64,000 nucleotides of DNA, from positions 160,001-224,000 of the forward strand of contig CAWGJT010000009.1 in NCBI GenBank assembly GCA_963822965.1, given 5' to 3'. The notes under the pieces are model-generated. The model was not told where the DNA came from. It worked only from the letters and a program-made list of their open reading frames with translations, and searched no databases. The position numbers were made by a program, and so were the translations under genes. This DNA is from an uncultured delta proteobacterium (lineage in GTDB: Bacteria > Myxococcota_A > UBA9160 > UBA4427). The number at the start of each line of letters is the position of its first letter. Positions within the stretch are counted from its first letter, which is position 1. Below are positions 29,551 through 40,347 of this stretch, piece after piece.

Positions 29551-31250
29551 ATGGCGCATCTCACCCCCGCGAAGGATTCGTCCGCCCCCTTCCCGGCCCT
29601 CTGGATCGCGCTGCCCTGCGCTTCGGCGCTGCTGTTCTCGTGCTGGCCTGGGACGCCGCGCGGCTCGAGACGCCCACCGTCGACGAGTTCGCTCACGTCG
29701 CCGCGGGCTGCGCCTATTGGGAGCACGGCCGCTTCGACCTCTACGCGAAGAACCCGCCGCTGGCGAAGATGCTGACCTGCGCGCTGCCGCTCGCCGCGCT
29801 GCAGATCGAGGTTCCCGAGCCGCGCCGCCGATCGCTCGAGCGCGCGGCCCTGGCTCTACGGTGCGCGCTTCCAGCGCGCCAACGCCGCCGACTATCTCGC
29901 GATCTTCCACCTGGCCCGCCTGCCCGGAATCGCGTTCGCGCTGGCTGCCGCGTGCCTGCTGTGGCGGTGGGCCCGCTCGCTCTTCGGTACGCCCGGCCGC
30001 CTCGGTGACGACGGCGTTCTTCCTGCAGAGCCCCACGCTGCTCGCCCACGCCCACCTGGCCACGGTGGACGTCGCGTGCACGTTCAGCGATATTCGCCAC
30101 CGTCTTCGCGTTGCGCCAGGCGCTTCGCGCGCCCTCGGTGCGGCGCACCGTCGCGACGGGCGTCCTCTGGGGCGTCGCCCTGCTCACGAAGTTCACCGCC
30201 GTGCTGCTGGCGCCGGTCTTCCTGCTGGTTCCCTGGCCGCGGAAGAGCCCCGATCCCGATGACGGCGACAGATCGCGATCGTGGGGGTGACGGCGCTCGC
30301 GGTGGTGAATCTCGGCATGGGCTTCGAGGGCAGCTTCCGCTCCCTGGGCGAGATGGACCTCGTCTCCGGCTTCGGACGCGGCATCCAGCACGCTGTTGCC
30401 TGCGGCGGTTCCCGTCCCCCTTCCCGCCGACTGGGTCACGGGCTTCGACGACCAGAAGCGGGACACCGAGCAGGGTCAGTTCGGCAGCTATCTCTTCGGG
30501 CGATGGTCGGATCGGGGCTGGTGGTACTACGACCTCGTGGCATTCGGGGTCAAGGTGCCGCTTCCCATCCTGGGAATGTTCCTCGCCAGCCCGTTCTTCC
30601 TCTGGCGACGACGACCCGACGCCGTCGAGCTGGCGGCGATCCTCGTTCCGATCCTCGTCCTGTCCGTCTTCCTGGCCGCCTTCAACGTCCTCGACGTCGG
30701 CATCCGCTACCTGCTGCCCGATCTTCCCGCTCCTGTACCTGCTCACCGCCAGCGTGTGGGTCGGTGCCAGCCGTCCCGCCGTGGGCGCCCTGGCGGGCGG
30801 TCTGCTGCTCTTCGGCGCGGTCACCGACCTGCGGATCCATCCCGAGTACCTCCGCTACTTCAACGCCCTGGGCGGCGGACCCGAGAACGGGCACGAGATC
30901 CTGATCGACTCGAACTACGATTGGGGGCAGGATCTCTATCGACTGCCCGCCGCCCTCCGATCCCTGGACGTGGAAGGGGCCGGTGGGCCTTCTCTACTTC
31001 GGCATGGTCGATCCCCACGTCTACGGCATCGACTACCGGTTGGTCCCGCAGCGGCCCGCCCCGGGCTGGATGGCCGTGAGCGTGAACTTCCTTGAAGGGC
31101 TACCCGTACTTCGCGCGGGCGCCGGACGGCTCGCTCGTGTGGATCGAGCCCGGTCACGTGGCCTGGCTCTCGGGCCGGGAGCCGGCGCGGAAGCTCGGCT
31201 CGCTCTGGCTCTTCGACACACGCGACCTCGCCACCGACCCGACGCGCTGA
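29551..31250 (+). CDS. GT-C (ArnT/PMT-like, family 39) membrane glycosyltransferase, multiple frameshifts
   Basis: TPTVDEFAHVAAG...NPPLAK, P.LLAHAHLATVD, ALLTKFT, YLFG.WS..GWWYY, GIRYLLP, YLRYFN.L.GG, DSNYDWGQD. Confidence 0.8.
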
Positions 31251-31251
31251 C

Positions 31252-33087
31252 TCAGGGGCGGCCGGCCCGGCTCCGTATCACCAGAGGGTTTCGCGGTGCG
31301 ACCCGCCCGAGTGCCTCGAGATAGTCGTGCGCCGCACCGGGATCGCCCGACGCGACGCTCGCTCGCACCAGCGCTTCGAGGGTCTGGGGATCGTCGGGCT
31401 GCGCGGGGAGGCTCCTTCGCAGATAGCGCAGCGCACGCGCCGGTCGATGCAGCTCCATCAACAGGAGACCGGCGGCCCGGTTCGGCGCCGCCGCCGTGGG
31501 ATACGCCTGCGCGACCATGCGGGCCACGGTCGCGGCCTGCTCGGTCCGCCCCTCGCGCATCCGGACCTGCAGCAGACCTTCCATGGCGTGGAGCCAGTCG
31601 ATCTCGCCGTCGCGCAGCTGCCGGGCCAGAGCCTCGACCTCGTTCTCCGGCTCCGGGAGCACGAACGCGACGGAGTCGTGTCGGAACGGAAAGCTCGAGG
31701 TCAGCTCCTGCACGTCCCATTTCGCCAGCACCCGATCGATGGCCGTGATCGGCATCTCCCGCCGGGCCTCCTCTTCGCTGGGGGCGTTCGACCAGTCGCC
31801 GATCCGACCGTCGCGGGCGAGCGCGTCGCGGAAGGCGTCCGCCAGCAGGAAGTAGCCCTGGTCGTTCGGATGCACGTGCTCGAGCAGCAGCTCGTGGCCG
31901 GGAATCCCGTCCGGAGACGCGCCGGCGAAGCGCTCCTCGACCTCGACGAGCGTGGCGTCGTGACGTCGCGCCAGGGCGCGGATGCGCTCGTTGAAGACGC
32001 TCGGGGCGCGGAAGCGCAGGCGGTCCCGGTCTCGCGCGGCCCGATAGGCGTCCCGGGCCTCCCCGGGCCGGCCCGCCTCCTCCTCCAGACGCCCCAGCGC
32101 GAACCAGGCCTCCCCGGCGTCCGGGTCGAGCTCGAGCAGCCGCGACAGCTCGGTCCGCTGCGCATCCACGTCCCCGGCGGCGTGAGCGCGCTCGAAGGCC
32201 TGCCAGATCCTTCCCCAGACCTCCGGGTCGACGTCCGCCGCCGGACCGCCGGCGAAGGGCGGCTGGTCCTTCTCGTTGCTCACCAACGTGGCGACGTAGA
32301 CGGGGATCCCCGCCTGCTGGTAGCGGCGCAGGATCTCGTCCAGGTTCGCCTCGAGCTGCGCCACGCCCCGCTGGTAGGCCGGAGATCCGTAGTCGATGAG
32401 CGAGCCCGCAGCCGCGCGGGCGAAGAGCGAGGCGCGGTCCGGGGGGCCACCGCCTTGGATCGCCGTCCGCAGGGACGTCACGGCGGCGTGGATCACCTGG
32501 TAGACGCGGAGCCGGCGGAGCTTCAGGTAGAGCAACGTCGCTTCGCGAGAGCTGCGGGAGGTGAGCGCGGAGCCGACGCCGAGGACGCCCAGGTACTCGT
32601 TGTGCCCGGCGTAGACGAGAACCGCGTCCGGCTCGATCTCGATGATCTCGTCGACCAGGTCGAGCAGGGTGTACGAATTCACCGCGGCCATCGCCGTCGT
32701 GATCACTTCGATCTTCTTCTGTGGAAGGTCGGCTTCGAGGCGGTCGCCCAGCATGCCGGCCACACCCGCCCATCGGCCATAGGGGAAGCCCGCCGCCGTG
32801 GAGCCCCCCTGGACCACGATCCGGTAGACGTCGGGTGGCTTCTCCGCGAGGAACGGAATGGGCTCGATGACCGCGGAGACCTGCACGGCTCCCGCGGCGT
32901 AGCGCTGGATCACGTCGGGGCTCGCCTGGCGATAGCCCGGCATCCCCGGCGCATCGACGAAGAGGGGATGGCTGCCGCCGATTCCGAGCAGGCGCAGCGC
33001 GAGCTCGGCGACCACGAAGAAGACGAGCGGCACGAACGCGGTGGCGACGGCGAAGAGCCGACGGCGGGAGGCCGACGGCACGGCCAC
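31252..33087 (-). CDS. SGNH/GDSL hydrolase-like protein with TPR repeats and N-terminal TM anchor
   Basis: ELALRLLG, GGSTAAGFPY, YAGHNEY, EHVHPN, plus TPR helices. Confidence 0.82.
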   Translation of the reverse strand: MAVPSASRRRLFAVATAFVPLVFFVVAELALRLLGIGGSHPLFVDAPGMPGYRQASPDVIQRYAAGAVQVSAVIEPIPFLAEKPPDVYRIVVQGGSTAAGFPYGRWAGVAGMLGDRLEADLPQKKIEVITTAMAAVNSYTLLDLVDEIIEIEPDAVLVYAGHNEYLGVLGVGSALTSRSSREATLLYLKLRRLRVYQVIHAAVTSLRTAIQGGGPPDRASLFARAAAGSLIDYGSPAYQRGVAQLEANLDEILRRYQQAGIPVYVATLVSNEKDQPPFAGGPAADVDPEVWGRIWQAFERAHAAGDVDAQRTELSRLLELDPDAGEAWFALGRLEEEAGRPGEARDAYRAARDRDRLRFRAPSVFNERIRALARRHDATLVEVEERFAGASPDGIPGHELLLEHVHPNDQGYFLLADAFRDALARDGRIGDWSNAPSEEEARREMPITAIDRVLAKWDVQELTSSFPFRHDSVAFVLPEPENEVEALARQLRDGEIDWLHAMEGLLQVRMREGRTEQAATVARMVAQAYPTAAAPNRAAGLLLMELHRPARALRYLRRSLPAQPDDPQTLEALVRASVASGDPGAAHDYLEALGRVAPRNPLVIRSRAGRP

Positions 33088-33279
33088 CCCCGCGCGCCCT
33101 CCTGCTCTGCCGGCATGCGAGACCCCTTCGCTGGGAGAGTCGGCATCCTGTCATCGCAGAAGCCCGAAATTCAAGCGGGGCGGACCCGCGGAGGGGCGCG
33201 CCGCGAGTGCGATATGCTGGTCGTCCGCCCATGATGCGCCCGCTCGCTCGCGCACGATCCGGATCCACCGCCTCCGCGC

Positions 33280-35206
33280 ATGACCGGTCCCGACCCGCCG
33301 CGCGGCGCCCGGGGCGGGCGAGGGCACCCATCCTGCTCGGGTTCGCGCTGCTCGTCCTGGTGCTGGGAATCGACTTCCATCTCGACGTCCGCGCGCGCGA
33401 CGCCTTCTCGTGGATGGACCCCTACCAGTACTACGACTTCGCGCGTGGGAGTCCTGGCGGGCCGCGAGCGCCTCGGCCGACTTCGAGGTGGCGTCCGATC
33501 TTCCCGTTGCTTCGTGGTCCCCTTCCTGGCGTGAGCGCCAGCATCCCGTCCGCACTGTGGGCCGAGTTCGCCGCCCTGCTTCTGCTGCTTCTGGAGCGTG
33601 CACGCCCTCTGCGGCGAGCTGTCGGTCTGCGGACGCCGTCTCCCGGGGTCGCGGCGCTCGTCGCGTCGTCCCCCTGCTCATCGGACTCTCACGAACCCTC
33701 TACGTCGAGCTCACCCTCTCCGCCCTGGTGTCCACGGCTTCGTGCTGTGGCTGCGCCTGCTGCGCGAACCCCGGACTGGCGGTCGGCTTGCCCTTCGCCG
33801 GCGGTCGTGGCCGGCGGGCTGCTCACGAAGACGACCTTCCCGCTCTTCCTGTTCGCCCCGGTGGCGGCCGCCGTCTGGGAGCGAGTCGCGATCCGGCGAG
33901 ACCGCGAGGCATTGGTGTTGGCGGCGGCGAGCCTCGTCCCGATCGCCCTCGTCCTGCTCGTGTAGGCCAGCTTCCTTCCGCGCTCGTTCGACTACCTGCT
34001 GAGCCTCGGCAACACGGCGATCCCCGAGATGCGCCTGATCGGACCCGTCGAGCGCGGACTCGCTGGCGTCGCTCATGCTTCTACTTCCTCGAGATCGGGC
34101 GCACGATGCTCTTCGCGCTCACTCCCCTGCTGGTGCTCGCGGCGCTTTCAATCCCTGCGAAGCCTCGCCCGGACGAGACGGCCTACCGCGTCGTCTCCAC
34201 GCGCGGTGCTGTGGCTGTGGCTCCTGGGGCCCGTCACGCTGCTCGTCCTGCAGCCCGTCAAGGAGCCCCGGCACGTCGCGCCCTGCGTGGTGCCCGCCGT
34301 GCTGCTCGCCGTGATGGCGATCGAGGCGGTACCGCGTCGCGCATGGCGGCGGGGCCTGCTGGCCGCCGGCCTTCGCCGGCGCGGCGCTGCAGTTCTTCGC
34401 CGTGACCGACACGGGCTCGAGACGCCCTACTTCCTCGACCGAGCCATCCACCTGGATGCCCTCGACTCGCGCGATGACGCATGCGAGCGACGCCGGACGC
34501 TACGCGGCACGCCGCCGGCCCTGCGTGCCCTGCACTGGAAGTACGACCACAGCTTCGCGCTCGTGGGATTCCCGGCCGAACGAGGCCCTGGCAATGACCT
34601 GGTGGGCGTTCCCGGGCGTGGCCTACGACCTGGAGACCTTCGACGATCCGCGGGGGTTCCCGGTGGCGGTGCCCGGCGGGCGCTTCGAGGATCCCTGGCT
34701 GCTCGCGGCATTCGACACCTACAACCTGCGCTGTGGATGGCACGGATACGTCCACGATCTCCCCCGCGACGAGGTCTGGTCGCCAACGCCGACTTCGTCC
34801 TCTGGAACGCCGGACATGCCGGTCCCCGAGCCCGGGCCGCTTTCCGGGTCATCGGCTGGTCCGAGACGATCGAGCGCAGCCCGGCTGGATCCACGTGCTG
34901 CGACGGATCGGCGACGGCAGCTCCCTGCGCGTCCGTTCGGCAAGGCGCTACCTGGAGCGACATCCGCAGCTCTCCCCGGAGGAGAGAGCGGTCGTCGCTC
35001 GCGAGCTGCGGATGGCGGCGGGACTCGGCGAAGGCGGCGCGCGAGTCGGGGACCGGTCGCGCGAGCTCTCCCGGCAGGGGCCAGACGGTCGCCCCCCGCG
35101 CAACATCTACTGGGTCGGGGGCTACGAGGCGCTCGAACGCCTCTCCGCGGAGCGGATCCGGTCGGGGGCGGGTTCACGCTCGGGAGGGAGACCGGCGACG
35201 CGCTAG
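33280..35206 (+). CDS. GT-C-like polytopic membrane protein, multiple frameshifts
   Basis: WMDPYQYY, LSRTLYVE, GLLTKTTF, PVKEPRHVAP with TM segments across frames. Boundaries approximate. Confidence 0.55.
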
Positions 35207-35214
35207 CGCTGCGC

Positions 35215-35928
35215 TCAGCCCAGGGGCTGAAGGGCCAGGGTGACGCATTCCTGCAGCCGTTCCGGGTGACGCTCGAGGTACTGGGGGCCCACCTCCGGAC
35301 CGTCCACCAGATCGTTGTGATAGATCAGATCGAGGCCCGCCCAGCGCTGGAACCACAGACGACCGTCGGGTGTGTAGACCTGGACGTGGAGCGACAGGGC
35401 CGGAACCCGCTCCTCGAGCATCGACGACTTGTTGCGGGCCCCCACCACGCGCTGGACGCCGTCCCAACGCGCGAGATCGCCCTCGACGTGCGCCTCGCGG
35501 TAGCCCAGGGACGGCATTACGAGCAGGTCGAAACGAGCTTCGGTGCGGAGGTTGCGAACGAAGGTGCCCGACACCACCTCGAGGGTCGCGGCGTCCGGCC
35601 GGATGCTGCGGACCGTGCCCACGGTCCGGTTCCAGAGGAGGACCGCGTCGTCCACGGCCAGGAAGGCGACCTCCGCGCCTCCGGCCTGGAGCCGAGCGAC
35701 GAGCTCCTCCTGCACGGGCTCCACGACGGACTCGAGCCCGACGGCCAGCGCCACCGACAGGTTCGCCGGGACCACGATGACGCGCGGATGGCCGCTTGCG
35801 ACGGCTTCCTGCCGCCGCTCCGCGGTGATGCGGGCGGCGCTGCAGCCGACCACCACGACACACGACAGCGCGACGAGCAGCCGCCCGAGCCGTCGAGTCG
35901 CGGATCCTCCGGAGCGCGCGCTCCGCAA
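35215..35928 (-). CDS. Hypothetical lipoprotein
   Basis: Hydrophobic stretch ending VVGC followed by a globular alpha/beta region. Confidence 0.6.
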   Translation of the reverse strand: MRSARSGGSATRRLGRLLVALSCVVVVGCSAARITAERRQEAVASGHPRVIVVPANLSVALAVGLESVVEPVQEELVARLQAGGAEVAFLAVDDAVLLWNRTVGTVRSIRPDAATLEVVSGTFVRNLRTEARFDLLVMPSLGYREAHVEGDLARWDGVQRVVGARNKSSMLEERVPALSLHVQVYTPDGRLWFQRWAGLDLIYHNDLVDGPEVGPQYLERHPERLQECVTLALQPLG

Positions 35929-35931
35929 GCC

Positions 35932-36219
35932 TCAGAAATCCCCGAGCGAGCGGGCGAAGGTGTACTCGGCGGGCGCCTGGACGAAGGTCTCCCAGGCCTC
36001 GTCGATCCGCAGCGCGGCGCCGGAGACCGGCGCGCTGCACACGAAGAGCGCAAAGCCCGAGACGGTCCCCAGCGCGCCCAGCGGCCGCAGGACCAGCGCG
36101 TCGAAGATGCGGTCTCCCAGGGGCCACTCCGTCCGCGCCGCCGCCTCGGCGCTGGCGGCCCCCGCGAAGAGCAGCAGCGCGGCGAGGACGAGCGCCGCCG
36201 GAAGGCGAGTGCGGAGCAT
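35932..36219 (-). CDS. Small exported/membrane conserved protein (D.L.LRPLG...P..YTF.R.LG.F type)
   Basis: Signal peptide plus DALVLRPLG and PAEYTFARSLGDF. Confidence 0.7.
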   Translation of the reverse strand: MLRTRLPAALVLAALLLFAGAASAEAAARTEWPLGDRIFDALVLRPLGALGTVSGFALFVCSAPVSGAALRIDEAWETFVQAPAEYTFARSLGDF

Positions 36220-36385
36220 GGCTCGTGCCACCGATCCTCCTTCGTGCGGGCCCCCGACCCGGCTCGTTCCAGACCGGGGATGCACGCCCGACCGCCGGTC
36301 AGCCCGGGCGGCGCGTGGGGATCCGCACGGGCACTCTAGCATCTGCAATGGCCGGCTCCCCGGAAGGCCGCGACCGTGCGTGCCC

Positions 36386-36427
36386 GAAAAGCAGGAGGGG
36401 CCGACGGCGTCCCTCCGTCGGCCCCTC
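36386..36427 (-). terminator. Intrinsic terminator of the paralog array
   Basis: Perfect 13-bp stem GAGGGGCCGACGG/CCGTCGGCCCCTC with a 7-nt loop, followed on the minus strand by CTGCTTTT. Confidence 0.8.
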
Positions 36428-36460
36428 GCGTCGTCCGCTGGATGCGACCGCGAAGCCCGC

Positions 36461-37597
36461 CTAGAACCTCCGGCGCAGCACGTAGCCGCCGCCGATCACC
36501 AGCATCGAGCCCAGGGCCACGATGCCCGTGGGGGACAGGGCCGGCGTCAGCTGACTGCTGGCGATGTCCATCGTCACCATGTCCAGGTTGCCGAAGCTGA
36601 GACCCGACGTGAGCCGGTGCGACAGGCCACCCGCCACCATCGTGATGGTGCCCCGACCGTTCGGCGTGCGGTTGTCCGAGCCCGTCAGCGTGATCGTCGT
36701 CGGGGCGTTCATCGTCGTCACGCCCCCCGGCACCTGCACCTGCACCGCACCCGTCGTCCACGGGAAGCCCGTGTTCAGGTTGACGTCCGGCGTCCCCATG
36801 CCCGTGATGTTGCCCGGCGCACCGATCAGACCGTTCGCCGTGAACGTCGCACCCGTCGTGATCTCCGCCGCCAGCAGCACGTTCGAGTCGGTGTTCGCGT
36901 AGGCACCGCCCAGCTCCTGCGCTCCCGCGCCGGCGATGGCGTCGTGGCGGATGCGCAGGGGCGAGCCGCCCAGGGACACCGCCGTCTCGCCGGAGCCCTG
37001 GATGAGCATCTGCATGGTGCCGCCGAAGCGGTTCGGGCCCGCCGTGTAGCGCACGATGCCCGGCTTGGTGCCGTCGTTGCCGCCCACCGCCGGCGTCGCG
37101 CAGGCCGGATTGTTCAGCGCGCCCGGGCAGTAGCTGAAGTTCGGCGCCAGCCGCGCCGTCGTCCCCGTCTGGCGCAGCACGCCCGAAGCACCGGGACCGT
37201 TCAGCGCGAAGGCCGTCGTCACCTGGATGACGTTGCCGCCGTTGCCGGCCCCCAACAGACCCGAGAGAGCCGCCTGCAGCGGAACCGCACGCGCCGTGTC
37301 CAGCTGGAACACGCCCGGCGGCACCGTGATCGTCGCCGGACCCGTCCCCACCTTCGTCACGTTGACGAAGCCCGAGCCGGGAATGTGGGGATCGCCGAGC
37401 CCCAGCACCGCCTGGTTCGCACCGCCCAGCGCCACGATGTACAGCGGAATGTTCACCGAGCCGCGCCGCTGCAGCCATTCGCCCGACATCCGCAGCTGCC
37501 CCGCGCTGGCCAGACCCGCGCCGAGAAGGAGCGCCGCCGCCGCAAGAGCGGCCACGATTGCAGAGCCTCGTTTCACCGACCTGCCCGTCCTCGACAT
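36461..37597 (-). CDS. Secreted surface protein paralog C (IPTL-CTERM-like anchor)
   Basis: Signal peptide ...ASA/GQ, Gly/Thr/Asn-rich beta-type body with a Cys pair, GFPWTTG, C-terminal TPALSPTGIVALGSMLVIGGGYVLRRRF. Confidence 0.88.
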   Translation of the reverse strand: MSRTGRSVKRGSAIVAALAAAALLLGAGLASAGQLRMSGEWLQRRGSVNIPLYIVALGGANQAVLGLGDPHIPGSGFVNVTKVGTGPATITVPPGVFQLDTARAVPLQAALSGLLGAGNGGNVIQVTTAFALNGPGASGVLRQTGTTARLAPNFSYCPGALNNPACATPAVGGNDGTKPGIVRYTAGPNRFGGTMQMLIQGSGETAVSLGGSPLRIRHDAIAGAGAQELGGAYANTDSNVLLAAEITTGATFTANGLIGAPGNITGMGTPDVNLNTGFPWTTGAVQVQVPGGVTTMNAPTTITLTGSDNRTPNGRGTITMVAGGLSHRLTSGLSFGNLDMVTMDIASSQLTPALSPTGIVALGSMLVIGGGYVLRRRF

Positions 37598-37689
37598 CCC
37601 GCTCCCTTCTCCTCGTCCTGTTGTCGGCTCATCGCCGGCTCCCGCGTCCGATCCTGGCTCGCCCTGGGGGCGGGACCCTCCCCGATCGT

Positions 37690-38823
37690 TCAAAAGCGCC
37701 GGCGCAGCACGTAGCCGCCGCCGAGCACCAGCATCGAGCCCAGCGCAACGAATCCCATGGGCGACAGGGACGGCGTGAGCTGGCTGCTCGCGATGTCCAG
37801 CGTCACCTGGTCGAGGTTGCCGAAGGTGAGACCCGAGGTCAGCCGGTGCGACAGGCCACCCGCCACCATGGTGATCGTGCCGCGACCGTTCGCCGTGCGC
37901 TTGTCCGAGCCGGTCACCGTGATGGTGGTCGGCGCGTTCATGGTGGTCACGCCGCCGGGCACCAGCACCTGCACCTGGCCGGTGGTCCACGGGAAGCCGG
38001 TGTTCAGGTCGACGTCGGGCGTGCCCATGCCCGTCACGGTTCCCGGCGCACCGATCAGGCCATTCGCCGTGAAGGTCGCGCCCGTCGTGATGTCGGCCGC
38101 CTGCAGCACGTCCGAGCCGGTGTTCGCGTACGCGCCGCCCTGCCCCTGGGGCGCGAGGCCGCCACCGACGATCTCGTCGTGCCGGATGCGCAGGGGCGAG
38201 CCGCCCAGGGACACCGCCACCTCACCGCCGCCGGTGATCAGCATCTGCATCGTGCCGCCGAAGCGGTTCGGACCGGCCGTGTAGCGGACGCGGCCGGGCT
38301 TGGTGCCGTCGTTGCCGCCCACCGCCGGCGTCGCGCACGACGGATTGTTCGCCGCACCCGGGCAGTATGCGAAGTTCGGGGCGAGTCGATCGGTGGTCGC
38401 GGTCTGCTTGAACACGCCCGACGCGGCCGGCCCGTTCAGGCTGAACTGCGTCGTCACCTGGATCACGTTGCCACCGTTGCCGGCACCCAGCAGATTCGAG
38501 AGCGCGGCCTGCAGCGGAACGGCACGGGCGGTATTCAGGTGGAAGACGTTCGGCGGCACGGTGAACGTTGCCGGCCCCGAGCCCATGACGGTGACGTTCA
38601 CGAAGCCCGAGCCCGGGATGTCCGGCTTGGCGAGTCCCAGGGCCCCGGGATTCGCCGGCCCCAGCGCCACGATGTAGAGCGGAATGTTCACGGCGCCCCG
38701 CCGCTGGAGCCACTGACCGGACATGCGCAGCTGCCCTGCGCTGGCGAGACCCGCTCCCAGGACCAGCACCAGTGCCGCCATGGCGGCGCCCAGCCTTCCG
38801 AACCCACCGTTCCGCATCTTCAT
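37690..38823 (-). CDS. Secreted surface protein paralog B (IPTL-CTERM-like anchor)
   Basis: Same architecture but more diverged. GGAGG RBS. C-terminal TPSLSPMGFVALGSMLVLGGGYVLRRRF. Confidence 0.88.
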   Translation of the reverse strand: MKMRNGGFGRLGAAMAALVLVLGAGLASAGQLRMSGQWLQRRGAVNIPLYIVALGPANPGALGLAKPDIPGSGFVNVTVMGSGPATFTVPPNVFHLNTARAVPLQAALSNLLGAGNGGNVIQVTTQFSLNGPAASGVFKQTATTDRLAPNFAYCPGAANNPSCATPAVGGNDGTKPGRVRYTAGPNRFGGTMQMLITGGGEVAVSLGGSPLRIRHDEIVGGGLAPQGQGGAYANTGSDVLQAADITTGATFTANGLIGAPGTVTGMGTPDVDLNTGFPWTTGQVQVLVPGGVTTMNAPTTITVTGSDKRTANGRGTITMVAGGLSHRLTSGLTFGNLDQVTLDIASSQLTPSLSPMGFVALGSMLVLGGGYVLRRRF

Positions 38824-38911
38824 CGTCTTCCTCCCCCGATCGTTCTCAGGTTTGCGCACCATTCTCAGGTCCGGGGTCGGCTCACACCTCGAGCCGCCCG
38901 GCAGGTCGCGT

Positions 38912-40033
38912 CTAGAATCTCCGGCGCAGCGCGTAGCCGCCGCCGATCACCAGCATCGAGCCCAGGGCCACGATGCCCATGGGGGACAGGGCCGGCGTCA
39001 GCTGACTGCTGGCGATGTCCATCGTCACCATGTCCAGGCTGCCGAAGCTGAGACCCGACGTGAGCCGGTGCGACAGGCCGCCCGCCACCATCGTGATGGT
39101 GCCCCGACCGTTCGGCGTGCGGTTGTCCGAGCCCGTCAGCGTGATCGTCGTCGGGGCGTTCATCGTCGTCACGCCCCCCGGTACCTGCACCTGCACCGCA
39201 CCCGTCGTCCACGGGAAGCCCGTGTTCAGGTTGACGTCCGGCGTCCCCATGCCCGTGATGTTGCCCGGCGCACCGATCAGACCGTTCGCCGTGAACGTCG
39301 CACCCGTCGTGATCTCCGCCGCCAGCAGCACGTCCGACGCGGTGTTCGCGTAGGCGCCACCCACGTCCTGGGGTCCCGCACCGGCGATGGCGTCGTGGCG
39401 GATGCGCAGGGGCGAGCCGCCCAGGGACACCGCCGTCTCGCCGGAGCCCTGGATGAGCATCTGCATGGTGCCGCCGAAGCGGTTCGGGCCCGCCGTGTAG
39501 CGCACGATGCCCGGCTTGGTGCCGTCGTTGCCGCCCACCGCCGGCGTCGCGCAGGCCGGATTGTTCAGCGCGCCCGGGCAGTAGCTGAAGTTCGGCGCCA
39601 GCCGCGCCGTCGTCCCCGTCTGGCGCAGCACGCCCGAAGCACCGGGACCGTTCAGCGCGAAGGCCGTCGTCACCTGGATGACGTTGCCGCCGTTGCCGGC
39701 CCCCAGCAGACCCGAGAGAGCCGCCTGCAGCGGAACCGCACGCGCCGTGTCCAGCTGGAACACGCCCGGCGGCACCGTGATCGTCGCCGGACCCGTCCCC
39801 ACCTTCGTCACGTTGACGAAGCCCGAGCCGGGAATGTGGGGATCGCCGAGCCCCAGCACCGCCTGGTTCGCACCGCCCAGCGCCACGATGTACAGCGGAA
39901 TGTTCACCGAGCCGCGCCGCTGCAGCCATTCGCCCGACATCCGCAGCTGCCCCGCGCTGGCCAGACCCGCGCCGAGAAGGAGCGCCGCCATCACGGCCAT
40001 GGCAAGAACGTTCCCGCAGCGGCGAATACTCAT
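38912..40033 (-). CDS. Secreted surface protein paralog A (IPTL-CTERM-like anchor), first in operon
   Basis: Mature region nearly identical in DNA to paralog C, with a different signal peptide. Confidence 0.88.
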   Translation of the reverse strand: MSIRRCGNVLAMAVMAALLLGAGLASAGQLRMSGEWLQRRGSVNIPLYIVALGGANQAVLGLGDPHIPGSGFVNVTKVGTGPATITVPPGVFQLDTARAVPLQAALSGLLGAGNGGNVIQVTTAFALNGPGASGVLRQTGTTARLAPNFSYCPGALNNPACATPAVGGNDGTKPGIVRYTAGPNRFGGTMQMLIQGSGETAVSLGGSPLRIRHDAIAGAGPQDVGGAYANTASDVLLAAEITTGATFTANGLIGAPGNITGMGTPDVNLNTGFPWTTGAVQVQVPGGVTTMNAPTTITLTGSDNRTPNGRGTITMVAGGLSHRLTSGLSFGSLDMVTMDIASSQLTPALSPMGIVALGSMLVIGGGYALRRRF

Positions 40034-40242
40034 GTGGACCCCTTCTCGAGCCCGCGGCCCGGGCTCGGTCGTGCTCGCTTGGCAGCTCTGTGTGCGGCTC
40101 GCAACCCGCGGCTCGGCTTGGCTCGCGGATCGGATCCCCTTCACCGGGGTTCTTCGCCTGGCCGCGTCCGAGTCGCTGGAGAACCCAAAGGCACCGATAA
40201 ATGTGGTTTACCGCGTGCTTAGAGCACCCGGGAAGGGGTATG

Positions 40243-40258
40243 TGCAATCGCTGTGCCG
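40243..40258 (-). promoter_or_regulatory. Sigma54 -24/-12 promoter
   Basis: Minus strand CGGCAC-AGCGA-TTGCA matches YGGCAC-N5-TTGCW with exact GG-N10-GC spacing and faces the array. Confidence 0.75.
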
Positions 40259-40284
40259 CGTTCCGTGATCGGGGTTCAGAGTGC

Positions 40285-40297
40285 CAACCCACTGATT
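40285..40297 (-). promoter_or_regulatory. Putative IHF site
   Basis: Minus strand AATCAG-TGGG-TTG matches WATCAR-N4-TTR, between the sigma54 box and the upstream palindrome. Confidence 0.55.
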
Positions 40298-40347
40298 TTG
40301 GTGGGGTTGCTCCAGGTGGGGTCGGGGACGGGCCGCAGCGTTCCCTA

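Noticed and set aside
36461..40033. Diversity-generating retroelement (TR/VR pair) explaining the near-identical paralogs
   Set aside because: Differences are not adenine-specific on either strand, both copies are full genes, and no reverse transcriptase is in the window.
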